Of a DNA stretch of 64,000 nucleotides, positions 48,917 through 60,305 are shown piece after piece. Position numbers and translations under genes: made by a program. Origin of the DNA: Octopus sinensis (lineage: Eukaryota); the NCBI RefSeq assembly GCF_006345805.1, contig NC_043000.1:153016001-153080000 (forward strand), in the 5' to 3' direction. Under the pieces are notes generated by a model. The model did not search any database and was not told the DNA's origin. It saw nothing but the letters and a program-made list of their open reading frames with translations. The stretch's first letter is position 1, and each line of letters starts with the position of its first letter.

Positions 48917-50175
48917 TAATGTCATCCCATAAGTAATGTCCGAATTTTAAACAAAGAAAACAAGACCTTAAATCTTACATTTTAATGAAACTTAATCGCC
49001 AATATAGTTTCCATGATTATCTATGACATCTTTCCATCTACTCGTAAGCTTTTTAATACTATTAATGAAAAACTCGATTTCAAAGAGAACTCTGAAAGGT
49101 CAGTTTCGACTTCCTCAGTTGTCTCAAGAGTTAATCAATCCAAATTATTCTGTAAGCTACAGAACAAATGGTAATCTGAAAGAGCAAGGTCTGGGGGAAT
49201 AAGGCAGATGAGCGATTTTCTTCCAGCCAAGTTCCTCGATATTCTGTGACGTGATCTTTGCAGTGTGGGGTCTTGCATTGTTCTGATGAAACACCACTCC
49301 CTTTCGATTCATTAAAGCAGGCATTTTTTCTTCAAAGCAGCATTCAAACTCTTTAATTGCGGACAGTAAATCTGAGCATTGATTGTTGCCATAGTTGGTA
49401 GCAACTGAAAGTTGATGACTCCTTTGCAGTCCTATCAAACGGAGAGAACTTTCTTGGCATGGAGTTCCCATTTCGGTTGTGGTTAGGCCGTTTTCCCTTC
49501 AATCCAATGTCTATAACGCTTAACATTTGGAAAAAGACCCATTTTTTTAATCACCGGCCACTAGTCTGTCCAAAAAGGGTGAAATGAGTTCATGAGAACA
49601 AAGAGAAAAGCTGATGTCCACTCGGGATTTGCGGTTGGCTTCAGACAAATCATGAGGCAACCATTTTCCGAGTTTGAGGATCTTTTCAAGCTGTTGAAGA
49701 TGGCGGTGAACAAAGCTTGCTTGCCAGTTCTTCAACTGAAATTGCATAATCTTTTTCAAGTTTTGCCAAAAGGAGCTGGTCATCAAACTCAATTGGGTGT
49801 CCTGCTTGGACCTTATCTTCACGGTTGAAATCTCCACTTCTTAAATTTACAAACCATTTTCTGCAAGTTCTTTCCTTAAGGCATTCTCCTCCATAAGCTG
49901 AGTGACTATTTCAAGTCTCTTCAGCTACAAAGTTCTTTTTTTAAACTCATAAAGCATTATGTACCTCAAATGCTCCTTAGACACTTCCGTGTTTGAAGAG
50001 CTATATTTAGTGAAATTTCAATTAGATTATCCTGCAAAATGAAATTTAATTAGTTTAAATATATCCAAAAACATATAAATATCACTTGATGCCATTAGAC
50101 ATTCTAGAATATTGTTAAAACGTTTAAAAATTGAAAATATATTGAAGTCTGGACATTACTTATGGGATGGCCTAA
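48917..50175 (-). mobile_element. Full-length but decayed mariner transposon
   Basis: 25-bp TIRs (22/25 match, ...CATCCCATAAGTAATGTCC), TA on both sides, ~1.26 kb; transposase remnants HLRYIMLYEF, WLPHDL (WVPHEL), FHQNNARPH, HLPYSP. Confidence 0.9.
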
Positions 50176-50899
50176 TATGTACAATTTGAAGCTGCTAACT
50201 AGGTTCATTCAATTTCTAAATTAACAATCAGACTGACAGATGAGAATAGATTTAATTTTGTTGTGTCAGCAATCAATTTATATGGCTAGTTTCGGTCTCC
50301 TTTTTAAGTTTAGGATCATAAAGTTGAAAACGATGTTTGTGGTGGAGACCAAGACCATACAACAAATGCCTCTGAAATAGAATTAGTAGAGAATATTAGG
50401 AATTTGCATTAGTCAAGCCAAGTAGAAATAATGGAAACAAGGAAAATCTCAGTTTAAAATAATTTGAGGGAACTCTTTCCAAAAAGGTACGGGAAAGAGA
50501 ACAAATATTAGTTATTTGTAGACTGAAGAAAAGGATAACTGTGAGCTAATACTCTTAATTGTTGACAGTAATAGTAATGAAAACTAAGTCATTAATATAA
50601 AGTTTATTGGAAGTACAGTGGATTAGAAACTTTACTGAGTAGGTTGTTGAAGTGCAACTCGCCATTGTTTCGCGTCGCATTCGGCTATCCTAGTGAGGTC
50701 GAGGTTAAACAATGCATTTGAATTGAGTAGCATTATCAACCAGAGTTTCCGTGGTTGATGTGTCTTAGATGCTGTGGTGAAGCACAAGTAGATAAATTCT
50801 ATGAGAATAGATGCGATGAGCAAGAGAAAGCTGAATTTAGAAATAAAAAGAAATCGAAAATGATCGGGTAAATATATGGTCAGGCAGGATTACACAAGT

Positions 50900-51145
50900 C
50901 GGTGGCTCGAGAATCAGTAAATACAAAAGAGATAAGATCCGCCCTTGACAGGTCGAGCGTGTAACTCAAAATGGTTTAGTCTATCCACTGAGTAGATGTC
51001 ATTATACATTGAAGTGATCCAATGCCTGAAAATGAGCATCACGATCCTTATCCCTGACAACGCAACCGTCGTTATCGAAACACCAACACCTAATTTGCTT
51101 TTAAGTTCCAGTTTCTGGTTTACAGATAGACCCACATGCTTCTTC
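50900..51145 (-). pseudogene. Possible pogo/Tigger (psq-type HTH) transposase N-terminal remnant
   Basis: KKKHVGLSVNQKLELKSKLGVGVSITTVA resembles K+K+..L++.QKLE+..KL..G.S of Tigger/Jerky proteins. Confidence 0.4.
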
Positions 51146-51190
51146 TTACAACTATTATGAAGTAACGAAGTAAAAAAAAAATACAAGTTA

Positions 51191-51352
51191 GGCGCAGGAG
51201 TGGCTGTGTAGTAAGTAGCTTGTTTACCGACCACATGGTACCGGGTTCAGTCCCACTGCGTGGCACCTTGGGCAAGTGTCTTCTACTATAGCCTCGGGCC
51301 GACCAAAGCCTTGTGAGTGGATTTGGTAGACGGAAACTGAAAGAAGCCTGTC

Positions 51353-51387
<35 letters not shown>

Positions 51388-51611
51388 TGTGTGTGTGTGT
51401 GTGTGTGTGTGTTTGTGTGTCTGTCCCCCTAGCATTGCTTGACAACCGATGCTGGTGTGTTTATGTCCCCGTCACTTAGCGGTTCGGGAAAAAAGACCGA
51501 TAGAATAAGTACTGGGCTTACAAAGAATAAGTCCCGGGGTCGAGTTGCTCGATTAAAGGCGGTGCTCCAGCATGGCCGCAGTCAAATGACTGAAACAAGT
51601 AAAAGAGTAAT
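51191..51611 (+). mobile_element. SINE family A with ~23-bp TSD
   Basis: GAAGT(A)9-10TACAAGTTA at 51167-51190 and 51612-51634. Confidence 0.92.
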
Positions 51612-53134
51612 GAAGTAAAAAAAAATACAAGTTACTTAATTTACTGAATTGCTGGGTCACGCAAGTTATGCTTGTGTTAATTATTGTAGTTGTTATACCG
51701 TGCATTGTGCTACCATATTACTAGTCTAGCATGCATATTACTAAAAACCTGACCCGCAAACATTAGATTACTTCAACCTGCCTTAATCTTTGTTTCTGAA
51801 TTCGTATTATTAAATTATGAACAGATTATATCCCGACTCAGCATTAACAGAATTAGGATATAAAAAATCAGTTTCAGTAAATTAAGTTATACATACAACT
51901 ATAAAAACATAGTGTGTATTAGTTACAATGCTAGTTCATTCAGAATATATACCTCTACAATGATGCACAAAGATGGCAGCAAAAATCAACCCTGACAGTC
52001 TATTTCTTCAGTCAGGTTTCGTCCGGTTTAACCGACATCCTGCTCAACGGAATATGATTCAACGGGGCTTCACTGTATAACCCCTCCACATACACACACA
52101 CTCCTGACGTATTCTCTGTAGACGTGCAAGAAATAAACTACGAGGCAAACAAAGGAGTTTACTTCGTATAATTTAGTGTCAATTGACGGATCTTTTATGT
52201 TTGGCTGCTAATTTACAATCTCCTCAATTCCTGCTCGAATTGTTTTCATATTCCGTGTAATATGGTTTTATATGCTTTGAAATTCATTTTTGCAATAAAT
52301 AAATAAATGAATAAAGGGTTATTAGCTTTTAAAGTTTGAAAATTTTTAGTAATTTTAGTCAATCGTAAGCCACATATTCATACTTGTTTCCATAATAACA
52401 AGCCAAGCATGAGTCGACAAATATTTCCACTCATTGAGGTTGTGGTGAGACGTACAAAAGAGATAACCAAATAGGCCTTAAATCACGCACCAACATATTT
52501 TTTCCTTTACTTTTGGATAATCGAATGAATTCCCGCGTGTAGAATACAAATTCACAAAATTTTCTGAAAATTCCCCCAAATAAAAAGTTATGTGGTGCTA
52601 TATGGCGTGCTTAAAGCAAAATTTAATTTGTTGCAATTGACAACACATGCTTTCACGCACAAAATGACTGCTTCCAAATCCTGTTTTCTGACTGGGTAAA
52701 AATGATCAAACTTTAAACCTCTATAACTTATTAAAAATCTTTTTCTGAGATTCAGCATGGAAAACTACATCAATGTAACAAATTTCAAAATTTTCAATAA
52801 ACTTTAAATTTTCGAAAATTGGCAGCAAAACTGAAAAGAGCCCAACTGACGGACTTGGGGGTTAAAGTTTTAAGAATTTTCAGAATATTATCTCGCAAAT
52901 GTAATGAAATAATGATTTATTTGTGCAAAGCAATTTTAACATTAGGTTCAAAGATGATGAAAAAAATGTTTACTTACGACAATAATATAGTGACTTATAA
53001 TAAACTGAAACCAATGGTTACTTGAAAATAGAAACTTTGTTGACATACATACATATATACACACACATGCATACGTACATACATACATACATACATACAT
53101 ACATACATACATACATACATACATACATACATAC

Positions 53135-53685
53135 AAGGTGGCTTTCCCCTCGTTATCGAGTATGGCCATTGCACGAAGCTTAATCAATGTTGTTATCGTG
53201 CAATGCCTGTGCAAGAAGATTTTTTTTAAAGTGAGGAAAGGCTGTGCACTGAGTCAATCCCACTCACTAAGCAACAGCAGCCATAATCCGGAAAGAAGAA
53301 CAAGTCAACATCATCGGTAACCACTGAGCCGCAGGTTTTATGTCGGAGTTATCCCAGTTACCTGAGTTACCTTCTCCTTGAAGGATGCCCTAACAAAGGC
53401 TAGGAGTCCTTCACTCCCAATGGTTTAACCGCGCGATCGGGTATTCAGTCCGATTATTTCTATGTCCCCGCGCATGATACAGCCCCAAGACATTTATTGG
53501 ATGGCCGTTGACTCTCAAGAGTTTCTCCGCCCTTTGACGGTTTTTTTTTCATCCCGCAGGGTGTCCAATAAACATCCTCCTCACCAAGCAAGCTTGGTGG
53601 GGTTGCCGGTTTAGTCGCCTTCGACCCGACCATGCAACAGGTTGTACTGGGTTACATGTTACCAGTAGCACTCGAAAGTGACCAG
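53135..53685. mobile_element. Unclassified ~550-bp GC-richer element flanked on both sides by (TACA)n
   Basis: Sharp boundaries with (TACA)n tracts at 53042-53134 and 53686-53770; 10-bp hairpin CATTGCACGA/TCGTGCAATG near left end. Confidence 0.45.
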
Positions 53686-53766
53686 TACATACATACGTAC
53701 GTACATACATACAACATACATACATACATACATACATACATACATACATACATACGTACATGCATG

Positions 53767-53837
<71 letters not shown>

Positions 53838-54051
53838 AATGTACACTGTATTGAAAATAAGGGCTACTAATAGCTTCTTGCCATAGAGACATTCAGATTA
53901 AGCAGATTATATAACGTGCCTTGTTATATACAGTCTTCAAGCTCATGGCATACAGTCTTCAGGCTCATGGCACATGATTAGTTGTTTGTATTCGATGGTG
54001 TAGGTATATTCCTAATAAATTAGTCCATGTGGTATAAATCCATAATTGTGT

Positions 54052-54519
54052 GTTAGTTAGTTAGTTAGTTAATTTGGCTCAAAAGCAAATAGCAAGGCCA
54101 TGTAGGGGGACATAGAGTTATGTACAGGGTGGTGTTCATGCAAAGAGTTCAGGCCACTTGTGGTCAAGGGAGACTTTGAACCGAGCGGTCGTCGGCATCT
54201 TCACCATCTCGTCTGGCAGCTTGTTCCACGGATCCGCAACCCGGACGGAGAAAGCTCCTCTCCTTCGATTGAGATGAAATCGTCGCAGGTAGAGCTTTTC
54301 GGAATGACTCCGCAGCCGACGCTCTGGAGCAGGAGTGAAGAACAGCTCTTTTGAGAGGTTACACTTTCCGCTTATGATGTTGTGGGCGAGAATGAGATCA
54401 CTACGGCGGCGGCGTTTTTCAAGAGAATAAAGGTCGAGCGTCCTCAGCCTTTCTTCGTAGGACAAATTTTTGAGACCATGAACCATGCGGGTAGCCAGCT
54501 TCTGGACTCTTTCGAGAAT
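54052..54519 (-). mobile_element. 5'-truncated CR1 LINE 3' end with (TAAC)n tail
   Basis: LERVQKLATRMVHGLKNLSYEERLRTLDLYSLEKRR...FSVRVADPWNKLP, the CR1 C-terminal pattern. Confidence 0.9.
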
Positions 54520-54954
54520 TGGTAGAACCCTTAAAACCCTTAGAATCACTCAGCTTAACGTAGCTATAATGGCAAACGTATGGATTTTACACACACACAC
54601 ACGCACACATACACACACATGCGAGCGATCACAACGGTTTTATTCTATTTTTTCTCATTTTTCGACTCACTTTCATCCTATTTCACATTAAGATAAATTA
54701 TTGTTAGTACTTTTTGTAAACTGAATGTATACCTTAATTATACTGTTTTGAATTATTCGTTCGCAATTCATTCTTAAATTCCAGACATTAAGCCCTATTG
54801 ATTAATACTATTCCGTTTCACAGAAAAACAAAACAAAAAAAATCCCAATAAAAATACCTCCAAATATTTTCAGAATGGATACATAGTTGGTGTTGTAAAA
54901 AATGTGAATGGAAGAAGAAATTAGAAACCTAAACGAGTACCATAACACAATATA

Positions 54955-55237
54955 TTGTATATGTGTGTACGTATGTGTTTATGTGTATGTGTGTGTTTGT
55001 GTGTATGTATATGTTTGTGTGTATGTGTGTGTTTGTGTGTATGTATATGTTTGTGTGTGTGTGTATGCTTCTGTGTATGTGTGTGTTTGTGTGCATGCGT
55101 ATATGTTTATGTGTATGTGTGTGTTTGTGTGTATGTATATGTTTGTGTGTATGTATATGTTTGTGTGTACGTATGTGTTTGTGTGTATGTGTATGCTTCT
55201 GTGTATGTGTGTGTTTGTGTGCATGCGTATATGTTTG
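54955..55237. repeat. (TG)-rich compound minisatellite with higher-order ~128-bp duplication
   Basis: GTATGCTTCTGTGTATGTGTGTGTTTGTGTGCATGCGTATATGTTT occurs at ~55063 and ~55191. Confidence 0.85.
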
Positions 55238-56396
55238 TAAGCCCAATAATCCACCGATTCTTTGGAATACAACTGGAACATAAGACTTCGTCATTACACA
55301 CGTCATTGCTTTCTTTATTTCAAACATACTTAATCTCTGGCTTATTAAATGGCTATTGGTTATTAAGATGTTGGCCTTGAAGTTGGTTGTGTTTTCTATG
55401 TGATGGGTTCTAATCGAGCCCAATTTAAACCTTAAAGGAAGTGTGCTTCGGCTTACCTATGATCATAGAGGATGAAAGGCTGGGAAACGATTCTATCACG
55501 AAATAAAAACACTTTATCTTACAGACATAGAAAACTTCCAAGAACTTCGTCAGTTGTACAGTATCCTCATACATAATAATTTTGGAGTATATTTCGTAGG
55601 AGAGTTTCTTTTACAGATAACATTTAAATGGCTAAGTAACGAAGTGGACATAATTTGTTTGATAAAGAGTAGGATCCGTAAAACGGTTTGCCAGGAAGAA
55701 GAGAGTCTAATGTTTAGAACTGTACAATTCACTGGGAGAGGTGAATTTTGGTAGTGACAAATGAATAAATTGAGAAAGAGAGAGAAGGAAAAAAGGGAAA
55801 GATAAAAATTAAGTAAGGGTGAGTTGGGGATCTGACAATTTTTTATTAGCAGTCTGACACTCTATAGACGAGACTGATAACCTTTCTCAAAATAAACAAC
55901 AATGAAATGTTAATTTAAAATTCATAAATGAAAGAGAGGGTATAAAATAGAGTTTAGTAAGGGAATAAAAAAATTATTACATGAATTCTAGATAGGAAAG
56001 AGAAGGACAGTTCTTGTAATTATAAGCAAATCTACAAAACAAACTTTGAAATTCTGTTATTAAACGTTGATATAATTAGACGTTGAGTTTGATTATCTTT
56101 GAGTAATTAGAAACCACAAAAGTAACTTAAATGCTTTGTTTATTTTATTTGTAACATGCGTGTTCTGTGACTGAGTTCAAGTTTAGCCACTTGAGATGTT
56201 TCGAATGTAGCTACACATTTCATATCACTGGCACCTTGCCTACTTCCTATAATAGTAAAAGCTTATTTCCATGAATGTACTCTATATTCTCCAAATTACC
56301 TTCCCAAGACACGAAACACTCAAATCAAAACCTTTGTTTGTTTGTTTCTTTTTTTTTTTTTTAGTGAATGAAACTAACACGAAATCTCTACTGTTT

Positions 56397-56585
56397 GGCG
56401 AACTGGCTGGCAGAATCGTTAACATTTCTTCCGGTTTTATGTTCTGAGTTCAAATGCCACCGAGGTCGAATTTGTCTTTCCTCCTTTCGGAGGGAGTCGA
56501 TAAAATAAATAGCAGTTAAGCACAGGAATCAACTAGACCCTTGCCCACCAAATTTCAGACCTTGTGCTTATAACAGAAAGGATAT
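56397..56585 (+). mobile_element. Diverged SINE family B-like copy
   Basis: GCTGGCAGAATCGTT...GAGTTCAAATGCCACCGAGGTCGAATTTG. Confidence 0.65.
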
Positions 56586-56812
56586 TTTAGGAGTACAGTA
56601 AGGCGTTAAGCCGGCAAAATCGTTTACGCCTCTGACAAAACGCCTTGTGACATTTTTTCTGATTTTACGGTCTGAGTTCAAATTCTGTCTGAAAATCACT
56701 TAAGGTAGACATTCCACAGAAATGTTCCATCTTTCATAGAATGCTCCATGCTAACACATCTGGTCTTCCTGATTCCTTTCTATTGGTCCAAACATTACGA
56801 CTTTATAACCAA

Positions 56813-57120
56813 ACTAGCAGTATCTCCCGGCGTTGCTCGGGTTTGTAAGGGAAATAACTATGTAAAAATTTTTAGAGAGTTACTTCCCTTATATAACCCG
56901 AGCAAAAGTCATTAAAAATGCGGAAAAATGATGGTAAATTTTTTTTAAAATCGTAGACTCATCGTAGACGCGCGCTAATACCCAGAAGGAGTCGATATGA
57001 ATGACGACTATAAGATACCGCTTTTGGTTAAACTGCACCGCAAAATGTGGGAATAGTTTGGAATCTAAATCGGAGGAGACAGAATCTCACACACACAACT
57101 TCAATTTTATATATAAAGAT
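56813..57120 (+). mobile_element. Helentron-like non-autonomous element
   Basis: ACTAGCAGTATCTCCCGGCGTTGCTCGGG start, TTTTATATATAAAGAT end; homologous to 1-115 and 42093-42489. Confidence 0.7.
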
Positions 57121-58702
57121 AACATTTGCGGAACATTTGCCTGATAAATTCGATGAATTTCAACAGTAAGTTCTGTTGTCTGTTAATCCATTTCCGTTGA
57201 GTCCGATTACATTAACCGACATGGAGACGTTAACTTCTTGTCAATCTTCCAAGTAATTTACTCTGATACAAATATATTTGTTTTTATAGACTAAATTTCG
57301 CTTTACGCTATCGGATTCAATGCTTTACTACCGAGTACCATGCAACATAATCTTCGAACAAAATAATGAAAGAAACCCTAAAAAACACCAATAATCTTTA
57401 TAACACAAGTGTACTGTATTCTAAAATCAGTTATGCGTGCATTCAAAATAAATATGTAACCTAAGAATAGTTATCAAATGCACGATTACTTTGCACCAAC
57501 AGTTCTACGTAGTACAAAATGGGGAGCATTCTATTGTTTAACACATGTTTAAATCGAGAATGATTGCTGCTCAAATGTATTTTGAAGAGAATTTCGTATA
57601 AAGGTTTGTAAAAAAAAAAAGAAATGATAATGATGGCCTTCATTTGACAAATGTCTAGCTTTTCGGGTTTTAGCTTAAAGATGAGAATTATGGTATTGTA
57701 TGTTCCACCCGTTTTTTTTTTCTTTTGGCTTCCCAATTCTCTGCCAGCAACAATGCTAATTTGCATCTCTAGGACTTATGGTATTGTTATAAAGCGGCTT
57801 TCTAAACAGAAAACTCCGCATTTGTTCGCCTCTTATTTACGGTTCACTTCAAAGAGACAAAAAGCAGATTTTAACAGCTAGAGTGCTTATGATAACAAAA
57901 GATACATATGTGCATTTATACACGAATGCATAAAATGAATCTCGTATTATATATAAGACTATATGTATACATATGTCGGTATGTATCCATGTGTACTTAT
58001 AAAGTTAATGACTATCATTGTATGTATATATTTTTCTCTTTTATACGTTCATATAGCCATATGCATATGCACGTGTGTGCGCGCAATTTTGTGTCAATTT
58101 ATATGCATTGAAAATAACTTTTTCTGTAAAAAAATAACTTTTCCTGTAAAAAAATGTTAGATGTTTCGTGGTATTTTATACAAACACATATACACATATT
58201 TGTGTGTGCGTGCTTATGTATGTTTATACAATATACATACATTTCACACATACGTAATCACATACACATAAAACAGTCAGTTTTTAATATATATGTATGT
58301 GTGTATGTGTATTACTCTCAAATTTGATTACTTTTGCATTTATTATTATTAACGTTGAAATATAGTGTCAATACATGAACTGTAACAATAACTGGACCTA
58401 TATTAAATATTTTTTCACTTTGCTAATTTGATTACATATAATATAGTTACATCGAATTCTGGTATAGCCGACCATTTTCAAGAGTTAAAGGAGATAGCAG
58501 ATCACGGAAGGACAGACATTCACACAAACTGTACTCATATAAATACAAATTCCAACTAGAAACAGAAAGAGCGTTTTATTGAAAAGGAAACAGAAAGTCC
58601 ATTGCAATGAAATTAGCAACAGAAGCTTACAATTCACAAATTTAGAGTATGAAAGTGTTCACTTATATATATATAAGTTATAAACCTGTATATATTAAAG
58701 TT

Positions 58703-59210
58703 TGAAGGCGGCAAGCTGGCAGACACGTTAGCGCACCGGGCGAAATGCTTTGCGGTATTTCGTCTGCCGTTACTTTCAGAGTTCAAATTCCGCCGAGGTC
58801 GACTTTGCCTTTCATCCTTTCGGGGTCGATAAATAAAAGTACCAGTTTTGCACTGGGTCGATGTAATCGACTTGATCCGTTTGTCTGTCCTTGTTTGTCC
58901 TCTCTATGTTTAGCCCCTTGTGGGTAGTAAAGAAATATATAACTTGCTTTTCAGGTCGCAAAAATAAAAAAAAATGAAGGCGGCGAGCTGGCAGAAACGT
59001 TAGCACGCCGGGCGAAATGCTTTGCGGTATTTCGTCCGCCGTTACTTTCAGAGTTCAAATTCCGCCGAGGTCGACTTTGCCTTTCATCCTTTTGGGGTCG
59101 ATAAATTAAGTGCCAGTTACGCACTGGGGTCGATATAATCGACTTAATTTGTTTGTCTGTCCTTCTTTGTCCTCTCTGTGTTTAGCCCCTTGTGGGTAGT
59201 AAATAAATAA
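58703..59210 (+). mobile_element. Head-to-tail dimer of SINE family B within one 15-bp TSD
   Basis: Monomers 58703-58937 and 58975-59210; GTATATATTAAAGTT at 58688-58702 and 59211-59225. Confidence 0.85.
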
Positions 59211-59211
59211 G

Positions 59212-59434
59212 TATATATTAAAGTTAGATAAGACCGATTTATGGGACTACCTTAAATTTACGTCCAAAAACGGCTTAGCTTTATGGCGTATCATCAGATT
59301 CAAAAACCTATTGGCTAAAGGCCTCTCTCGCTAGAGACAGATTTTGGGATTTGATTATACACCATAAAGCTAATCCCTTTATGGAATTGAAACCTAAGGT
59401 AATCCCATAGACCGGCCTTATCTAACTTTAATAC
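59212..59434. mobile_element. Older ~220-bp foldback element with two decayed head-to-head hammerhead motifs
   Basis: Arms start TATTAAAGTTAGATAAG / end CTTATCTAACTTTAATA; left arm (-) keeps CUGAUGA, right arm (+) keeps helix I, helix II, GAAA and helix III. Confidence 0.7.
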
Positions 59435-59708
59435 ATATGTGTGTTTGTGTGTTTGTGTGTATGTGTGTGTGTGTTTGTGTGCGTGTGTGTGTGTGTGTGA
59501 AATATTAAAAGGTTGCACAGAAAGTCGACAAGGGGTGCATGGGAAACATACACAAAAGACGTGAATACGATCACTCCCTCATCAGTTATATCCGAGTTTG
59601 TATCACTGTGTGTAGAACAATATGTTAATCAATGAAATTCCAACTAAATATTATTCTCACGTTTTATTATTTGCAATTTTTACAATTTTACAATTTTACA
59701 ATATTGAA

Positions 59709-59750
59709 ATAAACTAGTACTTTCATGCGTCACGCAATCATCAGGTTCAT
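59709..59750 (-). ncRNA. Minimal type I hammerhead motif (left arm)
   Basis: AUGAAC-CUGAUGA-U-UGCG-UGA-CGCA-U-GAAA-GUAC-UA/GUUUAU; 6-bp helix I, palindromic AGUACU; U-U at 10.1/11.1 is non-canonical. Confidence 0.6.
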
Positions 59751-59815
59751 ATAGTGACAGTCGTGTTCCACGATTGACAATTGTCGTCAATTGTGGAACA
59801 CGACAGTTACAACAA

Positions 59816-59853
59816 AAATCTGATGATTGCGTAGCACATGAAAGTACTAGTTT
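59816..59853 (+). ncRNA. Minimal type I hammerhead motif (right arm), slightly decayed
   Basis: CTGATGA 59820-26, GAAA 59840-43, GTAC, CUA site; 4-bp helix I, one mismatch in helix II. Confidence 0.5.
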
Positions 59854-60261
59854 ATTTCAATATTGTAAAATTGTAAAATTGTAAAATTGTAAAAATTGCA
59901 AATAATAAAACCTGAAAATCACACTAAGCTGGATTTCATATATATATATATATAATATATATATATATATATGTGCTCTACCTTTAAGCTAAACTGCCCA
60001 CCGACAAACTCTTCTATTTTAGAAGTTATAAAGTCATCCAGAACGCTTGATGTCATATAGATTACGTCATATGTAAATAAACATATATATACTGTTCTAT
60101 CAGTATTTACGTGATGAAAAATATATCTTTCCACTTGTTCTACACACACACACACGTATATATATACATGCATACATACATATATACTTACATATATAAA
60201 AATATTTAGATATATATTCATATATATATGTGTGTGTGTATGTATGCATGAATGTATGTAC

Positions 60262-60305
<44 letters not shown>

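Larger units (their letters stand above)
59661..59911. mobile_element. 251-bp foldback element with two head-to-head hammerhead motifs
   Basis: Complementary arms including (ACAATTTT)n units (3 vs 4 copies) and inner GTCGTGTTCCAC/GTGGAACACGAC stem. Confidence 0.85.

Noticed and set aside
51964-52080. AAGATGGC (YY1-like) motif with a short ORF MAAKINPDSLF...
   Set aside because: No convincing splice donor or homology.
55524-55754. 77-codon open frame with AG/GT-like sites
   Set aside because: No recognisable domain; expected by chance at this length.
59575-59590. Additional minus-strand CUGAUGA near the foldback elements
   Set aside because: No GAAA or helices follow.
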